Positions 29,388 to 43,588 of a stretch of DNA of 64,000 bases are shown piece after piece (positions within the stretch are counted from its first letter, which is position 1; each line of letters starts with the position of its first letter). Below the pieces are notes generated by a model. It did no database searches and had not been told where the DNA came from. It saw nothing but the letters and a program-made list of their open reading frames with translations. The position numbers were made by a program, and so were the translations under genes. The stretch is from Eledone cirrhosa (lineage: Eukaryota): NCBI GenBank assembly GCA_964016885.1, contig OZ024741.1, positions 334,118,001 to 334,182,000 on the forward strand. The letters are read 5' to 3'.

Positions 29388-31201
29388 TAGAAATTGGAAT
29401 AAATGCTCTGAAATAGCGATATATATGTGAATATAGACATAGAATATTCGAAAATATTCTGTATGTTTATAATAAACATTTTGAAGACCTAATCGCTATA
29501 GAATAGAATACGTCACGTATTACAATTAGATTCTCGATTAAAAGCAAGGGAAGTAATCTACGCGTTTCATTCTCGTTAGAAATCATCAGGACTACATATC
29601 CAGTGCTTTTATCGAGAATGACACAGCTAGAGACTTATAGAATACTTAGCTGTGTACAGGAACTGGTTTGAAAGAGCGGTTTGCCGGTCCGGCAGAAATT
29701 AGAAATTGGAATAAATGCTCTGAAATAGCGATATATATGTGAATATAGACATAGAATATTCGAAAATATTCTGTATGTTTATAATAAACATTTTGAAGAC
29801 CTAATCGCTATAGAATAGAATACGTCACGTATTACAATTAGATTCTCGATAAAAAGCAAGGGAAGTAATCTACGCGTTTCATTCTCGTTAGAAATCATCA
29901 GGACTACATATCCAGTGCTTTTATCGAGAATGACACAGCTAGAGACTTATAGAATACTTAGCTGTGTACAGGAACTGGTTTGAAAGAGCGGTTGCCGGTC
30001 CGGCAGAAATTAGAAATTGGAATAAATGCTCTGAAATAGCGATATATATGTGAATATAGACATAGAATATTCGAAAATATTCTGTATGTTTATAATAAAC
30101 ATTTTGAAGACCTAATCGCTATAGAATAGAATACGTCACGTATTACAATTAGATTCTCGATAAAAGCAAGGGAAGTAATCTACGCGTTTCATTCTCGTTA
30201 GAAATCATCAGGACTACATATCCAGTGCTTTTATCGAGAATGACACAGCTAGAGACTTATAGAATACTTAGCTGTGTACAGGAACTGGTTTGAAAGAGCG
30301 GTTGCCGGTCCGGCAGAAATTAGAAATTGGAATAAATGCTCTGAAATAGCGATATATATGTGAATATAGACATAGAATATTCGAAAATATTCTGTATGTT
30401 TATAATAAACATTTTGAAGACCTAATCGCTATAGAATAGAATACGTCACGTATTACAATTAGATTCTCGAAAAGCAAGGGAAGTAATCTACGCGTTTCAT
30501 TCTCGTTAGAAATCATCAGGACTACATATCCAGTGCTTTTATCGAGAATGACACAGCTAGAGACTTATAGAATACTTAGCTGTGTACAGGAACTGGTTTG
30601 AAAGAGCGGTTGCCGGTCCGGCAGAAATTAGAAATTGGAATAAATGCTCTGAAATAGCGATATATATGTGAATATAGACATAGAATATTCGAAAATATTC
30701 TGTATGTTTATAATAAACATTTTGAAGACCTAATCGCTATAGAATAGAATACGTCACGTATTACAATTAGATTCTCGATAAAAGCAAGGGAAGTAATCTA
30801 CGCGTTTCATTCTCGTTAGAAATCATCAGGACTACAGTATGTTTATTATAAACATACAGAATATTTTCGAATATTCTATGTCTATATTCACATATATATC
30901 GCTATTTCAGAGCATTTATTCCAATTTCTAATTTCTGCCGGACCGGCAACCGCTCTTTCAAACCAGTTCCTGTACACAGCTAAGTATTCTATAAGTCTCT
31001 AGCTGTGTCATTCTCGATAAAAGCACTGGATATGTAGTCCTGATGATTTCTAACGAGAATGAAACGCGTAGATTACTTCCCTTGCTTTTATCGAGAATCT
31101 AATTGTAATACGTGACGTATTCTATTCTATAGCGATTAGGTCTTCAAAATGTTTATTATAAACATACAGAATATTTTCGAATATTCTATGTCTATATTCA
31201 T
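29388..31201 (-). mobile_element. Non-coding HHR module F: ~4.7 tandem units of 308-312 bp plus inverted arm ~30839-31201
   Basis: HHR motif starts at 29553, 29865, 30175, 30483 and 30793 on the minus strand; inverted copy to the right. Confidence 0.92.
31034..31076 (+). ncRNA. Minimal type I hammerhead (module F, inverted arm); five minus-strand copies in the tandem array
   Basis: GTAGTC-CTGATGA-TTTCT(aacg)AGAAT-GAAA-CGCG-TA/GATTAC; palindromic ACGCGT. Confidence 0.88.
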
Positions 31202-33092
<1,891 letters not shown>

Positions 33093-33554
33093 GGAATAGA
33101 ATGAAACGAAATTTCATTTCTAACTCTTAGTATGGCACTTACTTAAATGAAAGTATGTATGTATGTATGTATACGTACATACATATATGTATACAGACGT
33201 ACGGTAGTATGTATATATATACATACATGCACACATATATATATGTACGTATCGGTTTACCGAACATTTATTATAATGCTCGGTTTGTTTGTTTGTAAAC
33301 AAACAAACAGCCCGTATTACGCCGTACAGTGTTTAGGCAACCACGTCACCTTTTTGTTCAACACTGACAACATTTCAAACTGGCTGTTTGTTTGTTTACA
33401 AACAAACAAACCGAGCATTATAATAAATGTTCGGTAAACCGATACGTGCATATATATTTGTGTGCATATATGTATATATATATATACATACTACTGTACG
33501 TCTGTATACATATATGTATGTATGTATACATACATACATACATACTTTCATTTA
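33093..33554. mobile_element. Fold-back fragment of a diverged module-C subfamily (no HHR retained)
   Basis: Shares CTCTTAGTATGGCACTTACTTAAATG and AGGCAACCACGTCACCTTTTTGTTCAACACTGAC with 10145-10466; 33383-33554 inverts ~33140-33312. Confidence 0.8.
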
Positions 33555-33601
33555 TATATATTTGTATATATGTATGTATATATATATGTATGTATATATA
33601 T

Positions 33602-36600
33602 ATATCTATCTATCTAAGGCGGGTAAAATTTCCGAGATCCATATACAGGTTCTCTCCAGCGGTCTCTGTCCCTGATTATCGCTGCCATGTCCTGCATCTC
33701 CAACAGACCAGTGTCTGTCCTTAGGGCATCAACGTACGTTAATCTTGGTCTTCCTCTTCTAGTGTGTCCATGTAGGGGCTCCCAAAGGAGTACTGAGTGC
33801 AATGTCAACTCTGGATGTCGGTGAGCATGTCCAGCTAACCTCAGTCTCCTCTGTGTCACTTTTGATCTGACTTTTGGGATGCTCCCATACAGCTCTGAGT
33901 TTTTCGTCCTCAATGTATACTGATTAATGTTCAGAGCCATCCTCAGCATTCTCGTGTAGCACCCATCCACCATCTGAGTGAGTTTCTTGGTCAGTGTCCA
34001 AGTCTCAGACCCATATAGCAGCACAGACTCCACTACAGCAATGAAGAGGCGGATTTTCAGGTCTCTACGAAGGTCCGACTTCCACACCGATCTCAAGCTG
34101 TGGCACGCCGCCCAGGCCTTGCTCTTCCTCTCAACCACATCATCCTCCGTATTCCCAATCTTTGCTCCCAAATACAGGAAGTCCTCAACCAATTCCAGCG
34201 GCTTCCCGCCTACATTAGTGATCCCCTCTGGCTTCTCAACATTCTCTACCAGATATTTTGTTTTAGTCTCATTCATTCTCAGCCCCACACTCATCGACAC
34301 AGTCTCAACCTCCCGCATCAAATCCTCTGCCTCCCTCACTGTATTTGTCACCAAAACTATGTCGTCGGCAAATTCAGCATCCGATACCTTTTTCGCCCTA
34401 ACTCTCCTGCTCTGAGCCGGTGCTACAGTAAAGCCAGAGTCCTGGTGTTTCTCCAGTGCAAGGCGCATACAATAGTCCACTACAATGACAAAAAGGTAGG
34501 GAGCCAATGTATCTCCCTCGAGCACTCCAGCCAATATCTCAAAGAACTCTGTCATCCCATCAGGTGTAATGACTTGGGCTTTGGTGTTGGTGTAGAGCAG
34601 TGATATCAGGTCCACTATCTTCTTGGGGATTCCATAAGCCTGTAAGATCTTCATCAGGCAGTAACGGTCCACAGAATCAAAGACCTTCCTAAAGTCAATG
34701 AAAACCATGATCGCAGGAAGGCACTTTGCTCTAGCTCCCTCTAATATCCTCCTCAGCATCAGGATGTGACTGGTGGTTGATCTACCCTCTCTGAAGCCGT
34801 TCTGGTTGTCCCTGAGCTTCTTCTCCATCTCAGGCTGGATCCTGTTAAGAATCATCCTGTTGAGGGTCTTTGCCACAAGTGACGTCAGTGAGATCCCCCG
34901 GTAGTTGTTGGTGTTAGAGAGATCTCCCTTCTTTGGCACCGGGACGATGTTACTGATCCTCCACTGATTCGGGGCAACTCCTTTCTCCAGTGCCCCGTTA
35001 CAGAACCCCAGGATGATATCATCAAAATCACACCTCCTAATCACCTCCGATGCCACTCCATCTTCTCCATGAACCTTGCCCTCCTTGATCCTCTTCTTGG
35101 CTCTCTGAAGCTCCTCTCTGGTGAAGGGCTCTGTCTCAACATCCAGTTCCTCAAACAGCCGCCTGATCTCCCCAGTGCTCTGGGCTGTGGAGGGTGGCTC
35201 TCCTAGTAGGGCCCTAAAATGGTCTAGCCATTTCCTCTTCCTATCCTCGGGCCCCGTTCCCTGGATCTGACTCGAACACCTTCTCTTCCTCCCTGTGATC
35301 TCGTTGATGATCATCCAGCTCTCCTTACATCCAGATATGTCAACCGCTCTCTCCACACTTCTGATCTTCTCTATCAGTGCCTCCTCTCTGACCTCAGTGT
35401 AAGCGGTACAGAGCTCTTCCCTCATCACCTCCACAGTCTCCATCCTCTCCTCCGTGGGATCAGCATAGAATTGGTCCCTGGCAGCTTTCAGGTGTTCTCT
35501 GGCTGCACACACTTTTGGGTTTGCAGAGCTGACGTGCTTCCCTTTGTTCTTTTTCCTCGGCACCAGTGTTTCACTTGCTTCCGCCACTGCATTGGTGAAG
35601 TGCCCGTACCTCCCCGTCACACTCTCCTCAGTCCATCCAATCTCTCTCTCCTCTGACTCTCCACACAGAGCACTAAACCTGTTTCTCACTTCCACTGTGA
35701 ACCTCTCCTGTAGCTTATCATATTCCTTGAAAGCTCCCCAGTCATAGATTGTTCTCCGGGGCTGAGCCTTGCTCTTTCTTAAGCTCACGCGTACCTCACT
35801 CATAACAAGCCTGTGGTCACTACCCAGTGTACTGAAATAGCTGTATGGTTCCGTGTTCAGAACACTATTCCGCCACTTTTTCCTCACCAGAATGAAATCA
35901 ATCTGGGACTTGGACAGGTGCACATCTGAGATGTAGGTCCACATCTTCCCCAGATTCTTCCTAAACCTTAGGTTGGTCGCCATCAAGTTCGCCTCCAGCA
36001 GGGTGTCTCTCAGTAGTCTTCCATTTCGGTTGGTGTTGTTATAGAAGTACCAGCAAGGATCTTCACTGCCCTCCTTACTCAGATGTGCATTGAAGTCCCC
36101 AAAAACAAGCAGGATATTGTGTGCCTGAGTGGTGTTGACAGCTCTACACACCTCCTCATGGAACTCTTCCGCATTCACATCACTGTCCTCCTCGGTTGGA
36201 CTATAGGCTGAGATGACTGTCAGTCTTGGGTTTCCATTGAAGGTCACCCTCAACACTCGCGGGGAGATAGGCATTATTTCCCTCACCAACAGATTGGTTT
36301 TTGCACTGAACACAAAACCCACTCCCCCTACTGCAGCATTTGTTGTGTTCTTCACTGCCGATGTAGTGATGAGCTGGCTCTTCCTCCCGATCATCACACT
36401 CCTCACGGGCTCATCGTGTAGAATCCTGTGTTCTTGGATCGCAAGTATCTGTATACCACTCTCCTCGAACAGATGTCCCAACTCCTCTCTCTTCTCCAGC
36501 GTCCGAATAGTCCTCACATTCAAAGTGCCCATTTTGATGGCTCTTCTGCAGGACAAAACTGCATTCTTTATATTTGTCTCAGAGACAGCTGATCCATCAT

Positions 36601-36915
36601 CCACTGGCCCTCTCTGTGGCTCTAAGCCAGCAGAGTCATAACGACCAGGCTGCTCCTTGACAGTGTAATTAGGGGCTTTAACCCTAGTGCTGTTAGATTG
36701 ACTCTCCATATTTCTTTTCAATGGCTGACAATACCCTACCGGCGCCACTCGAATAAGGTAGTTATTTAACCCATAAATGGAACCCTAACAGGTACTACCA
36801 CCCCGGGCCAGGGCAGACCTGGGAGTCATTACAACTAAGGGGTAACTCCACATTACCCACATCTCCTGAACTCCCGAACTGGAGCCTTGCCACTGGATGT
36901 AGTTTAATGTCATAT
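33602..36915 (-). mobile_element. Apparently full-length RTE-clade LINE with short 5' leader and (TAGA)n tail
   Basis: Single APE-RT ORF, GC-richer 5' leader at 36749-36915, TAGA repeats right after the stop. Confidence 0.9.
33614..36748 (-). CDS. RTE LINE APE endonuclease-reverse transcriptase (1044 aa, uninterrupted)
   Basis: GTLNVRT, IQEHR, AYSPT, GDFNA, SQIDFIL, SDH; NYRGISL, QNGFR, GDTLAPYLF, FADD, LLYGSETW, RRLRLAGH, RGRP. Confidence 0.95.
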   Translation of the reverse strand: MAPVGYCQPLKRNMESQSNSTRVKAPNYTVKEQPGRYDSAGLEPQRGPVDDGSAVSETNIKNAVLSCRRAIKMGTLNVRTIRTLEKREELGHLFEESGIQILAIQEHRILHDEPVRSVMIGRKSQLITTSAVKNTTNAAVGGVGFVFSAKTNLLVREIMPISPRVLRVTFNGNPRLTVISAYSPTEEDSDVNAEEFHEEVCRAVNTTQAHNILLVFGDFNAHLSKEGSEDPCWYFYNNTNRNGRLLRDTLLEANLMATNLRFRKNLGKMWTYISDVHLSKSQIDFILVRKKWRNSVLNTEPYSYFSTLGSDHRLVMSEVRVSLRKSKAQPRRTIYDWGAFKEYDKLQERFTVEVRNRFSALCGESEEREIGWTEESVTGRYGHFTNAVAEASETLVPRKKNKGKHVSSANPKVCAAREHLKAARDQFYADPTEERMETVEVMREELCTAYTEVREEALIEKIRSVERAVDISGCKESWMIINEITGRKRRCSSQIQGTGPEDRKRKWLDHFRALLGEPPSTAQSTGEIRRLFEELDVETEPFTREELQRAKKRIKEGKVHGEDGVASEVIRRCDFDDIILGFCNGALEKGVAPNQWRISNIVPVPKKGDLSNTNNYRGISLTSLVAKTLNRMILNRIQPEMEKKLRDNQNGFREGRSTTSHILMLRRILEGARAKCLPAIMVFIDFRKVFDSVDRYCLMKILQAYGIPKKIVDLISLLYTNTKAQVITPDGMTEFFEILAGVLEGDTLAPYLFVIVVDYCMRLALEKHQDSGFTVAPAQSRRVRAKKVSDAEFADDIVLVTNTVREAEDLMREVETVSMSVGLRMNETKTKYLVENVEKPEGITNVGGKPLELVEDFLYLGAKIGNTEDDVVERKSKAWAACHSLRSVWKSDLRRDLKIRLFIAVVESVLLYGSETWTLTKKLTQMVDGCYTRMLRMALNINQYTLRTKNSELYGSIPKVRSKVTQRRLRLAGHAHRHPELTLHSVLLWEPLHGHTRRGRPRLTYVDALRTDTGLLEMQDMAAIIRDRDRWREPVYGSRKFYPP

Positions 36916-37034
36916 ATATAATGCCATATATATATATACATATATGTATATATATGTGTATATGTATATATATGTGTATATGTATATATGTATGTATATG
37001 TATGTATGTATGTATATAAATGTGTATATATATG

Positions 37035-37077
<43 letters not shown>

Positions 37078-37173
37078 CTATATATATATATGTATCTATA
37101 TATGTGTATATATATGTATGTATATATGTATATATATATGTATATATATATGTATATATATATATATATATAT

Positions 37174-38005
37174 ATGAAATACGTTACTTCACGCACAAGG
37201 CGCCAAGGTACGCATGTATTGTCCAACCAAATGCCAGTGTGGTTCAATGGCGGGTTAATAAATTAACAAGCCAGAACAAATATAAACAAGGTTTAGCAAA
37301 TAATGAAAAAGTTTCAAAATAAATTTAAAAAAATTGACTTTACCTACTATAGTTACCTTTACCGATCGGTTTCGAATCCCAAAAATAAAACGGAGACCAT
37401 ACGGCCTTCGTTGCAAAGAAAGATTCTCGTCAGAAGGTTCTTTTCATTCAAAGAATATAAAATTCCTGAATTTAAATCACAAACTAGCGCTATCAAAACT
37501 GTTCCTGGGATGAGAGTGGATGAAGAAACAGGTTTATCAAGGGCCGTAGCAAAGATAGAGGCAAAAGGAGGTAGGTCGAACTAGCCACAGCTATTACTAG
37601 CAGCAGTCAGAATGACCAATTTTGTTCTCAACGTTAGTGGAGGTAGTAGTAATATGAAATACGTTACTTCACGCACAAGGCGCCAAGGTACGCATGTATT
37701 GTCCAACCAAATGCCAGTGTGGTTCAATGGCGGGTTAATAAATTAACGAGCCAGAACAAATATCAACAAGGTTTAGCAAATAATGAAAAAGTTTCAAAAT
37801 AAATTTTAAAAAATTGACTTCAGGAATTTTATATTCTTTGAATGAAAAGAACCTTCTGACGAGAATCTTTCTTTGCAACGAAGGCCGTATGGTCTCCGTT
37901 TTATTTTTGGGATTCGAAACCGATTGGTAAAGGTAACTATAGTAGGTAAAGTCAATTTTTTAAAATTTATTTTGAAACTTTTTCATTATTTGCTAAACCT
38001 TGTTT
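37174..38005 (-). mobile_element. Non-coding HHR module G: 480-bp unit, partial second unit, and inverted arm ~37819-38005
   Basis: ATGAAATACGTTACTTC at 37174 and 37654; the right end inverts ~37283-37470. Confidence 0.88.
37355..37438 (-). ncRNA. Type I hammerhead with 43-nt loop II (module G); inverted copy at 37851-37934 (+)
   Basis: ACCTT-CTGACGA-GAATC(loop)GATTC-GAAA-CCGATCGG-TA/AAGGT. Confidence 0.85.
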
Positions 38006-38052
38006 ATATATATATATATATGTATATATGTATATATATATATATGTGTATA

Positions 38053-38086
<34 letters not shown>

Positions 38087-38089
<3 letters not shown>

Positions 38090-40357
38090 TCATCATCATC
38101 ACCGTTTTACATCAGTTCTTCCACGCTAGCATGGGTTAGACGGGTTGTCCTGTTGTGGGCAGTGTCTGGTCGGCTGACCAGGCCTTGCTCATACAGGAAC
38201 CTCATTTACAGTGAGTGCTGGGTGCTTTTTTGTGGCGCCTACACGTCCACTTTACCGTGTGGGCTGGGTGCTTTTTTGCCATGGCATCTCCACGACCACC
38301 TTGCAGTGGGAGGGTGTGGGGGTATATTGTCTATATGCTCCAGCTTGTACCCATGGGAGGTCGGGTACTCTGTATTACTGCATCACGCCAGAGGTCACGA
38401 TCGTGTGTCATCGCCTTGGAGAGGTGTAATTGGGTAAGGTCAGCTTTTATCACCTCATCCCAGGTCATCTTGGGTCTCCCACTCCGCGGTTTCCATCGAC
38501 TTCTAGTGCTCTGCACCTTTTTATGCAGCTTTCATCCTTCATACGCATCACATGTCCATACCAATACAACCCCCTCTCCTGCACACAGCATTTGATTCCT
38601 CTTATGTTCAGTCTCTCTCTCAATTCATTTATGCTTTGTCGGTCACGTATATTACTATTACACATCCATCGGAGCATGCAGGCTTCGTTTCTCTCTAATC
38701 TATGTAAGTCTTCCACCTTCAGCGCCCAGGTCTCACTACCATGTAACATTGCTGTTCGTATACACGCATCATACAGTCTGCCTTTCATTTTGAGGGAGAA
38801 GCCTTTTGCAGCTAGCAGTGGAAGTAGTTCCCTGAACTTCTTCCATTCCGTTCTTACCCTAGTTATTGTACTTTCTGAACACCCACCTCCGCTGCTAATT
38901 CGGTCACCTAGGTAGCAGAAGCTGTCTACTGTCTCTACAGAGCCCTCACAGAGATTGGTGGTACTTGTCTCCTGTGGCTGTTTGCTGCTTGCTGTCCCAG
39001 TACAGCTGCTGCATGTGAAACCTACATTCTTAATTAAGCTTCCTGAGATATCGCTACATCTCTTGTGTACGTACCCATTGTTTGCATTTGGGGCAGAGAA
39101 TGGAGTTCCTACCTACACCTTTCCTACATACTGAGCAAGGCCATTTCCCTGAGGGGATCTGGGTTCTGTTTTCTCGTTACTTACGAGGATCTTATTCTTT
39201 GTCATGTTGACTTTGAGACCCTTTTTTTCTAGTCCCTGCTTCCAAGTTTGGAATTTCTTCTCTAGTTCTACCATAGATTCAGCTATAAGTGCGAGGTCAT
39301 CAGCATACAGGAGTTCCCATGGGCATCCAGTCTTAAACTCCTCTGTTATTGCCTGCAGGACTATGATGAACAGGAGAGGGCTAAGAACAGATCCCTGGTG
39401 GACACCAACCTGTACGCTAAATTCCTCGCTATACTCATTGCTAATCCTAACTTTGCTGACTGCTCCCCTATACATGGCTTGTACAGCTTTCACAAGCCAT
39501 TCATCTACTCCTAGTTTTCTAAGAGCCCACCAGATTACAGCACGGGGAACTCTGTCAAAGGCTTTCTCGAGATCGACGAATGCCAGGTAGAGTGTCTTAC
39601 TTTTAGCTAGGTACTTTTCCTGTAACTGCCTCACAATGAAGAGGGCATCAGTGGTGTCTCCTTCTGGTACAAACCCAAATTGCATCTCATCTAGTTTCAC
39701 CCGGTCCCTAATCAACTGTGCTATAACTATTTCTGTTACTTTCATGACCTGTTCCCTCAGCTTTATACCTCTATAGTTTCCTCTATCGAGTGCATCACCT
39801 TTACCTTTGTAGCAGTTGACAATGATGCTACTGCACCAATCTTTTGGTACGACACCTTCTAGTATTACCTGGTTAACAATACGTGTGGTTATAGTGTGAC
39901 CTACAGACCCAGATGCCTTCAGCATCTCAGCAGCTATACCCGATGGACCGGTTGCCTTTCCCATCTTCATATCTTTGATTGCCTTATTTAGTACGCTGCT
40001 GCTGACTTGTAATGCTGGCCTCTCTATAGGGTCTACTTGGGGTAGGGTCTCTTCTTCCCATGCATTCTCCTCATTTAGTAATCTATCATAATGACTCTTC
40101 CATGCATCTTTCTTCTCAGCACTTGTGAGGGCAAGCTCACCTTTATCATTCCGGATACACTTCTCTCCAATGACATCTCAATTCTCTCTGACACACTGCC
40201 TCTCAATCTTGAACACCTCCTGTTTCTGGTCCTCACGTTGCAAAACATGCTTGAATTTTCTATCCTCTGCTTCCCTCCTAGCTAAGTATACTTGTCGCCT
40301 AGCTTCCCTCCTGGTCTCTATGTAATGTACACTGCTCCCCCCGTCCTTCCATTCTTT
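38087..40357 (-). mobile_element. 5'-truncated, frameshifted RTE LINE (PHD-like family) including the RT core
   Basis: NYRGIKL, QFGF, DLEKAFDRV, GVHQGSVLSPLLF, YADD, HGSETW; (CAT)n tail at the left end. Confidence 0.9.
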
Positions 40358-40358
40358 A

Positions 40359-40389
<31 letters not shown>

Positions 40390-41035
40390 ATATGTGTATA
40401 TATATATAGAGAGAGAGATAGATATATATATGTGTATATATAGAGGGAGAGAAATATATGTGTGTATCCCAGTACAACCTGTCTCATGGTTGGGTCGTTG
40501 GTGACTAAACTGGCAACCCCACCAAGGTTTCTTGGTGAGGAGGGTGACTTTGGACATCCTGCAGGACTAAAAACAAAACCTGTCAAAGGGCAAAGGAGCT
40601 CTTAAGAGTCAATGGCCATCCAAAATCACCGGGAGAGATGACCCCTTAGCCTTTGTCAAGGCAGAATTCTAGGAGAAGGAAAACTCTGATATAACACCTG
40701 CAACCCTGATGGTATCCAATGATGTTGATTTGTTCTTCTTTTTGGTAAATATCATCTTGGTTAAGAGAGTGGGACTGGCTTTGTGCAGTGCCTTTGCTCA
40801 CTATAAAAGCTTCATGGCACAGGCATTGCTTTATATCTGGAGATCTCTCTGCACTTGTTACATGGTACCATGGGCCCAGCACTATGTGCCAATAATTGTC
40901 ACAAGTGTAGTGTTTGTACTAGAGTTTTCAAGTCGCTGGCTGGACTAAAAAGTCACACTCGTTCAGCGCATCGGTAGGAGTTCTCCTACATGGATATAAA
41001 GTAGTGGCCGTACTCGAAAACGAGTTGGCAGCCAC

Positions 41036-41086
41036 CATATAGATATAGATATATATGTGTATATATATATATATAGAGAGAGGGAG

Positions 41087-41177
<91 letters not shown>

Positions 41178-41341
41178 TATGTGTGTATATATATATAGAG
41201 AGAGAGAGATATATATGTGTATATATATATATAGATATATATATATATGTATATATATATATATCTATGTATATATATATATAGATATATAGATATATAT
41301 ATATATATGTATATATATATATCTATGTATATATATATATA

Positions 41342-41374
<33 letters not shown>

Positions 41375-41717
41375 CTATATATAGATATATATAGATATAT
41401 ATGTATATATATATATGTCTATATATATCTATATATAGATATATATATAGATATATATGTATATATCTATATATATCTATATATATATCTATATATATAT
41501 ATCTATATATATCTATATATATATATCTATATATATCTATATATATCTATATATATCTATATACTTATCTATATATATCTATATATATATCCATATATAT
41601 CTATATATATCTATATATATATCCATATATATCCATATATATCTATATATATATCCATATATATCTATATATATATCTATATATATATCTATTCTCTCTC
41701 TCTCTCTCTTTCTCTCT

Positions 41718-41785
<68 letters not shown>

Positions 41786-41840
41786 TTATGTATATACATA
41801 CATATGTTTGTGTGTATGTATATGTACATACATATATCAA
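41036..41840. repeat. Mixed (TA)/(TAGA)/(TCTA)/(GA) microsatellite
   Basis: Direct reading. Confidence 0.9.
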
Positions 41841-42902
41841 ATTTCCACTTTTTCCTTTCCATAAGAAAAGAAAAAAGAGAAGCGCTGGTGAATTAATTTA
41901 CATAAAAGTCTAAGCAATGATGTGAAAGATTTGTTGGCATTTGAATTCTAACCATGAGAAATGGCCACCAAAAGCAAAGTGTTTTCACCATCAAGAAGTC
42001 ATGCCAACTGGAAAATTGGAAATATTTCTGTTTCCACTCAAAATATCCAAATGGAAATAAAAAGAAAGATAATATAAATAAAATAAGAATAAATTAAAAG
42101 AAAAGAAAACAAAACATATATGCTGCAGAACATATATGGTTTGGATAAATTTAAAGAAAGTAAAATTCCATGGTAGCTTATAATGGAAGTGAAGAATAGT
42201 GTGTGAGTGTGTGTATATATGTATATATATACATTATATATATATGTGTTTATATAATGTATATATATGTTTATATAATGTATATGTATATTTTTAATGT
42301 ATATAAAACATATATATAAGTTTATATAATGTATATATATATATATATATAATTTATGCATATATAATGTATACATTCATTGATGATGGTGTATGTATAT
42401 ATGCAAACTTGTATGCATATGTTTATACATACATAAGTATACATAATTGTATATATATAGAGAGAGAGATTGATAGATAGATATACATAGTGCACACACA
42501 CCATGCCAGCATTGAAAAATGGACGTAAAACTGATGTGTGTACACACACACACACACACATAAATCAAGCTAGAAAAGCTTCTTAGCCATATCATTCATT
42601 TTCTTTCTAATGCAAATGACAAACTGAATGTCCCAGTTTGAAATAAGAAATGCAGCCGGTCCATTTCATAGCTACTGAACAAAATAGAAGTGAATATGGA
42701 ATTTATCACAGCAGACAAGTAAGAGAAAAACTATTTATTTCTAGCTTTATATTTATATATAAGGCAGATAACTTTGAGGGTGTCATATATGTGTGTGTGT
42801 TTCAGATCTGGCTGTCGAAACGGCCGCAGCTCTGCTATTATCCCAAGTATCGAGTACTCTGGTGGGTTATGGTTTAGCTGGTTTTTACCACACCCTATCT
42901 GG

Positions 42903-42937
<35 letters not shown>

Positions 42938-43471
42938 TCTGTGGTGCTGAGACTGAGGAGACCACTAGTCATACATGGGTAGATGCAGAATGTGTATAGG
43001 GATGTGTAAAATCCTGATCGCGGCATCAACCCCTTTTAGCCTGTGTGTTCAGCCTTTTCAAGGGCATAGTCTACGCTTTTGAAAAGGCTTGCTGAACATG
43101 CAAGCTGAAACTGTTTGGCACCATAGATGGATTTTACACACATACATGTATATATATATGTGCATAGGTGTGTATATATATCCAGACAGTGTAACACACC
43201 CTCACCTATGTTACAGGCCAAAACTTTCCTCATAACTAACCCACCTATCAAAACAACATATGCACGTTAGACTCTTTATATGCCATGTATATTTATTCTG
43301 TCAATGCTACTACAGAGGTCCGACGAGCTTTTGATTCCAGAGTAGGCCCAGATCGATACAGATCGAACCTTGAGCTGATCAGTAGCAAAACGCACGTCAC
43401 CAATCAATAAACATAATAAAGGAGTAACCATTCATCCTTGTATTATTATTATTATGATTATTATTATTATT

Positions 43472-43588
43472 AGCGTGTGGCTGAGTGGTTAGAGAATTGG
43501 ATTCGCAATCGTAAGGTTGTGAGTTCGATTCCCGGACAAGGCGATGCGTCATGTCCTTGAGCAAGACACTTTATTTCACGTTGCTCCT
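43472..43588 (+). mobile_element. tRNA-derived SINE head
   Basis: A box TGGCTGAGTGG, B box GAGTTCGATTCC, followed by the TGTCCTTGAGCAAGACACTT SINE body motif; no tRNA acceptor stem. Confidence 0.75.

Noticed and set aside
29388-30836. Regular repeat array as CRISPR or rDNA/snRNA cluster
   Set aside because: Units are wholly repeated with no unique spacers, no cas genes are present, and there is no recognisable rRNA or snRNA sequence
40446-41036. GC-richer segment, possibly an old LINE 5' region or DNA transposon remnant
   Set aside because: No motif I can assign with confidence
43472-43545. tRNA gene
   Set aside because: A and B boxes are present, but there is no acceptor stem and it continues into a SINE body motif
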